Below, piece by piece: positions 59,606 to 64,000 of a stretch of 64,000 bases of DNA. The stretch is from Patescibacteria group bacterium (lineage in GTDB: Bacteria > Patescibacteriota > Dojkabacteria > GCA-002793355), in the NCBI GenBank assembly GCA_016860985.1, contig BOKM01000001.1:856040-920039 (forward strand), given 5' to 3'. The notes under the pieces are model-generated. The model saw only the letters and a program-made list of their open reading frames with translations, made no database searches and was not told the origin of the DNA. Position numbers and translations under genes: made by a program. Positions within the stretch are counted from its first letter, which is position 1; each line of letters starts with the position of its first letter.

Positions 59606-60169
59606 TTAGAACTCAACTTTAACTGGTTCCTTTTCTTCGTCAGCTGCAGCAAAGAATTCTGCGGGCGTGAATTTCATAAGGTTGGCAAGCAGAACATTTG
59701 GGAAAACCTGAATCTTTGTGTTGTATTCACCAACAGTTGCATTATAGTAACGTCGTGATTTCTGTATTTCTGTTTCCAGGTCGGATAATTGATTCTGAAG
59801 TTGCAAGAACGAGGCATCAGCCTTTAGGTTAGGGTAATTTTCTGCAACAGCAAAGAGAGATTTAAGCGTAGAGGTCATTTCGTTGTTTAACGCTGAAAGT
59901 TCTGCCATGCTCCCACCTGATGCCTGCATTTTTGTTCTGAGTTCGGTAACTTTGGTAAATACTCCCTCTTCATGTTTTGCGTAACCTTTTACTGTGTTGA
60001 CCAAGTTAGGCACCATATCAAAGCGCTTTTTCAAGAGAGTCTCAATATCTGCAGAGGCCTCTTTTACTAACATTCTTTGTTGAACAAGAACGTTGTAAAG
60101 ACTAATAGCAAAAAATACAATTGCAACTGCGATCGCTGCAACTCCAAATAAAACTGAACCAAGCATCAT
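59606..60169 (-). CDS. lemA: LemA family protein
   Basis: 187 aa; N-terminal TM then LVQQRMLVKEASADIETLLKKRFDMVPNLVNTVKGYAKHE…YNATVGEYNTKIQVFPNVLLANLMKF matches LemA throughout. Confidence 0.75.
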   Translation of the reverse strand: MMLGSVLFGVAAIAVAIVFFAISLYNVLVQQRMLVKEASADIETLLKKRFDMVPNLVNTVKGYAKHEEGVFTKVTELRTKMQASGGSMAELSALNNEMTSTLKSLFAVAENYPNLKADASFLQLQNQLSDLETEIQKSRRYYNATVGEYNTKIQVFPNVLLANLMKFTPAEFFAAADEEKEPVKVEF

Positions 60170-60217
60170 ACAAAAAATAACCTTAGTTATTGATTATCGT
60201 TGCTTCTGACAAGATTG

Positions 60218-62872
60218 TCAATTCGAAGGGATAAGCGTGTCGAAATCGATATCTTGCGGATTTTTTCCAGTTGCTTGTTGAGACTGCAAGATATTCTTCG
60301 CAAGTGCCGTTTCTAGTGAATCTTGTAGTACTCTTCGTAGTGGTCTGGCTCCCATTCCTGGAGAATACCCGTGCGAGACAATATAGGCGATGGTCTTATT
60401 CGTGTAGGTTGACCTGATTCCCTGCTCTGCGAGCTTACTTACCAACTCGTTTACCATAAGCACCGCAATTTGCTGAAGATGTTCAAGTGAAAGTGCACCA
60501 AACACTACTACTTTATCAAATCGATTGATAAGTTCGACTTTAAGATATGTAGGGAGCAAATCAAGGACCTGCAATTTTGCTTCTTCAAACTTATCTGGCG
60601 GTGTTTTAAGAAGTAAATCGCTACCGATGTTACTTGTTGCAATTATGATCGCATTATTAAAATATAAGGTTTCGTCTTCGGGCGTTACTACGATTCCCTC
60701 GTCAAACAAGCGCATGAAGATGTCGTGAATTGCGGGAGTTGTTTTTTCGAACTCGTCAAGCAACAGGAGTGTATAAGGTCTGACCGTTACCTTTTTTAGT
60801 TGATTGATAATGGTTGGAATGTCGTCGTCCCTTTTGTACTGAGAAAGATCAATACGAATGAGCGAAAAATCGCTGCCAAAATATTCTTTTGCGGTAATTT
60901 TTGCTAATTCAGTTTTTCCTACACCTGAAGGACCGAGAAACAGGAATACTCCGAATGGGTGGCCAGTATTTCGAATGTTGGTTTTTGCTCGTTGTAACGA
61001 ATCTACTATTGCAAGTACGGCATCATGTTGGTTTACATATTTTTGATGAATTCTTTTTTCAAGGGTGAGCAATTTCTCTGCTTCTTCTGGTGATGCTTGC
61101 GCAACTGGAATATCTGATAACGTTTGAATGACTTGAGTAACAAGCTCTCTCGTCAACTTTCGCTCTTTTGTATTTGCAGCCTGAGCTGCTGCTTGTTCTA
61201 ATAATTCCACTGCTTTTTTGGGGAAGCGTTTGTTAGGTTGATAGGTCGCGGTCAGTGTAATGACCTCCTTTAGTGCAGGTATACTAATCGAGATTTTGTG
61301 CATTTTTTCTAGTTGGTCAATCTTGGTCGTTAGAATGGTGAACGTGTCTTCTTCGGAGACTTGGTCAACACGGACCTCTTTGAATGCATCGATGAGTGTT
61401 GGGTACCTTTCTTTAAGTTTTGTATATTGGGCAAAGGTCATGGTTCCCACAATTGGAACAGGACTTTCCAATAAAAGTGGCATTAGATATGATATTGCCG
61501 TCCCCTCGCCTACCCCCGTCGAAAGCAGAACTTCCAAATCATCAAAATATAAAATGGTGCCAACCTGTTTTCTGAGTTCCTCTGATAATTTTTGAACAAG
61601 CTCCGGAAGTCCACCCTGACCTGCCGATGCCAACGAAAGGAACTTGTTAATATCAACAGTTTTAATCGTGAGATTCTTTAATGCTGGTGGAATATCTCCT
61701 TCGAGGATTCTTTGTGCAAGACCGTATATTATACTGCTCTTTCCAACACCCGGATCGCCTACGAGAACTGCATTGGCGTCGTATTCCTTCTGTAAAATAC
61801 CGATGAGGTTGTTAATCTCTTTTGTATGACCGACTCCATAAATACCTCCTCTATTGTTGACCTGCTCGAGAACATTCGTTGAGATTTTATCGAGATAAAA
61901 AGTGTATCCTTTTACCCAGCCATCGGCCACGCCCCCTTTCGCATAGTACGGTTGTGAAATGTCGAAGGCGTTTGTTCTTGCTTGGTACTGTTCATTGATG
62001 ATGTACCACTCGATTGTTTTAACAAATGTCATAAAATCTACTTTCTGTTCTTGGAGTACCTCTTTAAGCACTGGAAAAATCGCAAAAAGTGCAAGCAGTA
62101 GGTGCTCAGGATATACCCGTTTACTTTTGGTCAGTATCGCCTGCTCAGTTGCATACAGTACAAAAGACTGTACCGCAGTGTAATCGTATTGTGGCGCACT
62201 CTCTGGTGTCAGCTGTACGGCACTCAATCTTTTTTGCGCTTCGGGAATATCGAGGCGGGTCAGTACCCGAATCACGTGCTCATGAGAAAGGATTGTTTTT
62301 AGAAGTTTGGCTGTATCTAGGATAGTCCCTTGTTTTGTTGTAGTAAGTGCATTCACTATTAAGTCAAAGGTAACTGGGTGAAAGTAATCCAGCGGCTGCT
62401 GGATAAGATATTGTTGAAACTGAACGCCCTGATTTTCTAGTGAACTTTTTAAAAAGTCATCAATCTTTGGGTAGGTGACTAACAGTTTGTGCGCATCAAA
62501 ATTTGTTGCAACTTCATGCCACAAAATTAAAAGTGCGAGTGCTGCGAGAAAGATTATCTCTTTGATTAGTACTAGCAGCGAGTGTGGTAATGTCGTACTG
62601 CTTAACGCAAGTGTTTGCATTACATAGATAATCGAGAGAGGAATGGCTGCAATAAGTAGCGAAGTCGATACTACTCGTTTTATCTTTCTGAACGCAATCA
62701 TCGCCTTATAGCTTTTGAGACGCTCGGTTAGTTCTTGTAAAGATAGAAAGAATAGGTCAAACTGGGTAATCAAAAAGGGCTCGTATTGAGAATCAATAAT
62801 TACTGCATGGTTATCATACAATTGGGATTTATCTTGCAACTTGTCGTGAAAGGCAGTAATAACGTTACTCAT
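60218..62872 (-). CDS. ClpA/ClpB/ClpC-like double-AAA+ ATPase with N-terminal transmembrane anchor
   Basis: 884 aa; two hydrophobic helices in first ~120 aa, Clp_N-like repeat region, D1 Walker A GDPGVGKSSIIYGLAQRI, D2 Walker A LFLGPSGVGKTELAK, D2 small domain GARPLRR. Confidence 0.7.
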   Translation of the reverse strand: MSNVITAFHDKLQDKSQLYDNHAVIIDSQYEPFLITQFDLFFLSLQELTERLKSYKAMIAFRKIKRVVSTSLLIAAIPLSIIYVMQTLALSSTTLPHSLLVLIKEIIFLAALALLILWHEVATNFDAHKLLVTYPKIDDFLKSSLENQGVQFQQYLIQQPLDYFHPVTFDLIVNALTTTKQGTILDTAKLLKTILSHEHVIRVLTRLDIPEAQKRLSAVQLTPESAPQYDYTAVQSFVLYATEQAILTKSKRVYPEHLLLALFAIFPVLKEVLQEQKVDFMTFVKTIEWYIINEQYQARTNAFDISQPYYAKGGVADGWVKGYTFYLDKISTNVLEQVNNRGGIYGVGHTKEINNLIGILQKEYDANAVLVGDPGVGKSSIIYGLAQRILEGDIPPALKNLTIKTVDINKFLSLASAGQGGLPELVQKLSEELRKQVGTILYFDDLEVLLSTGVGEGTAISYLMPLLLESPVPIVGTMTFAQYTKLKERYPTLIDAFKEVRVDQVSEEDTFTILTTKIDQLEKMHKISISIPALKEVITLTATYQPNKRFPKKAVELLEQAAAQAANTKERKLTRELVTQVIQTLSDIPVAQASPEEAEKLLTLEKRIHQKYVNQHDAVLAIVDSLQRAKTNIRNTGHPFGVFLFLGPSGVGKTELAKITAKEYFGSDFSLIRIDLSQYKRDDDIPTIINQLKKVTVRPYTLLLLDEFEKTTPAIHDIFMRLFDEGIVVTPEDETLYFNNAIIIATSNIGSDLLLKTPPDKFEEAKLQVLDLLPTYLKVELINRFDKVVVFGALSLEHLQQIAVLMVNELVSKLAEQGIRSTYTNKTIAYIVSHGYSPGMGARPLRRVLQDSLETALAKNILQSQQATGKNPQDIDFDTLIPSN

Positions 62873-63270
62873 GCTGCAAGGAATGGATTTATGATGATAA
62901 GACCAATTACCACGGGCAGCACTGCAAGCTGTAGAAGGAGTAGCGCAAAGAATAGTCCTAATATGAGAATAAACAATGATCCACTAAGTGGAAGGTAGAT
63001 TGTTTTAATAACCATGCCAACAAGCCATCCTGCAATGTTGTAGTCATTTTTCCAAGGTCTAAAGTATCCGCGAAGAATAACGCCGAAAGATGTTGTATCG
63101 TTAAATACTTGAAATACTCTACGTAGGAGAGCGAATAATGCGAGAGGAATATCTCCATACCACCAACCAAAAAAGGAGCGGACAAAATCAATGGAACTTG
63201 AAAAAATTTGTAAGGTTGTCGGTTTATGCAGGCGCAGGTCTTGAATCATGGGCAGTCTCCTCAGATACAA
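62869..63270 (-). CDS. small polytopic membrane protein
   Basis: 133 aa, ~4 hydrophobic segments; stop overlaps Clp-like start (ATGA). Confidence 0.35.
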   Translation of the reverse strand: MYLRRLPMIQDLRLHKPTTLQIFSSSIDFVRSFFGWWYGDIPLALFALLRRVFQVFNDTTSFGVILRGYFRPWKNDYNIAGWLVGMVIKTIYLPLSGSLFILILGLFFALLLLQLAVLPVVIGLIIINPFLAA

Positions 63271-63847
63271 TATACTCTGTTTGAGCTAAAAATGCTACTC
63301 GATTTAGCCCATAGTCTCGACGTTCTGCTTCTGTTAGGCCGACTGGAATAGGGAGTGTCATTTTTCTTGGATATTTCACAATTATTATAGATCGGGGGCG
63401 CAGGAGTGCTTTTGCTCGGTCCACGAGTTCGAGCATATAATCGCTATATTCATCGGGGCGCATTGCTCGTAAGACAGTAAATGGAGGGTCAATGAATATT
63501 ATGTCAAAGGTTCTTTTTCGTTTTATGGATTTAACCAGAAAATCTATAGCATCTGATTGATAAACTACGCCATTCTCTTTTATGCCAAGTGCAACCAAAT
63601 TGTATTTGATTATTTCTGTCGATTTCGAAGAAATATCGACGAAAATAACTTTCCGTGCTCCACGAGAAAGTGCTTCAATTCCAAAGGCCCCAGTTCCAGC
63701 ATAAAGATCAAGCACCGACGCCCCCTGAATAAAATCCGCCAAAAAATCGAAAATGCTTAAGCGTAAAAGCCTTTGAGTTGGTCGGACGTCTTTTTTAGGA
63801 ACTGCGAGCTTTGCTCTTTTGTATGTTCCTGATGCTATGTAAGCCAT
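63224..63847 (-). CDS. rsmD: 16S rRNA (guanine966-N2)-methyltransferase
   Basis: RPTQRLLRLSIFDFL…VLDLYAGTGAFGIEALSRGARKVIFVD…DPPF, RsmD signature. Confidence 0.75.
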   Translation of the reverse strand: MAYIASGTYKRAKLAVPKKDVRPTQRLLRLSIFDFLADFIQGASVLDLYAGTGAFGIEALSRGARKVIFVDISSKSTEIIKYNLVALGIKENGVVYQSDAIDFLVKSIKRKRTFDIIFIDPPFTVLRAMRPDEYSDYMLELVDRAKALLRPRSIIIVKYPRKMTLPIPVGLTEAERRDYGLNRVAFLAQTEYIVSEETAHDSRPAPA

Positions 63848-64000
63848 ATAAGTATAAAGGTTCCAAGAATTATGCGGTAAAAGCCAGAGAGTTTCATTAC
63901 TGTTAGCGTATGCTTTGAGGTAAATAGCTTCATGAATAGAATACCCAGTCCAAGAGAAAGAAGCATTCCACTTACAAGTACAAAAGGAGGGAGCATCGTT
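63838..64000 (-). CDS. 3' end of a membrane-protein ORF entering from beyond the right edge
   Basis: Open minus-strand frame …MLPPFVLVSGMLLSLGLGILFMKLF… ending at TAG (complement 63838-63840); partial, no identification. Confidence 0.2.

Noticed and set aside
1-64000. CRISPR arrays, transposases, integrases and phage structural genes
   Set aside because: No short direct-repeat/spacer periodicity and no recombinase or transposase motifs were seen anywhere in the window. The only repeats noticed are the protein-coding tandem repeats at about 15.7-16.3 kb.

Overview
This 64-kb window looks like a compact, low-to-moderate-GC bacterial genome segment, gene-dense and with mixed strands. A CPR/Patescibacteria-like organism is my guess from gene content, not something I computed. 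Housekeeping genes recognised by motif are glyQ (partial at the left edge), miaA, serS, ppa, hisS, eno, gyrB, pyk, rsmI, folD, murF, valS, a holB-like gene and rsmD.

Two separate type IV pilus (T4P) clusters dominate the accessory content. Cluster 1 (about 28.6-34.9 kb, minus strand) has PilB, PilC, atypical pseudopilins and CheY-like receivers, next to a multidomain sensor kinase. Cluster 2 (49.8-57.7 kb) has PilB, PilT, PilC, a pilin, PilD and three minor pilins. A cell-surface glycan locus sits at 13.4-21.3 kb: an LCP ligase, a giant secreted repeat protein, a GT4 glycosyltransferase, a Wzm/Wzt-like ABC exporter, an FkbM methyltransferase and a sulfotransferase.

The most unusual items are these. 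(1) A tRNA with anticodon GUA but archaeal/eukaryal-style class I architecture (C1:G72, A73, 5-nt variable loop) inside a bacterial context. (2) Two orphan genes immediately downstream of that tRNA, one GC-rich. (3) In-frame stop codons interrupting an archaeal-type UMP kinase (TAA) and a roughly 1070-aa secreted protein (TAG), even though TAA, TAG and TGA all act as normal stops elsewhere in the window. (4) A tightly packed minus-strand operon that joins rsmD, a small membrane protein, a membrane-anchored ClpB-like double-AAA+ ATPase, LemA, DUF2207 and three minor pilins.

No CRISPR array, transposase or integrase was seen. All calls rest on reading the ORF translations for conserved motifs; no database search was run.
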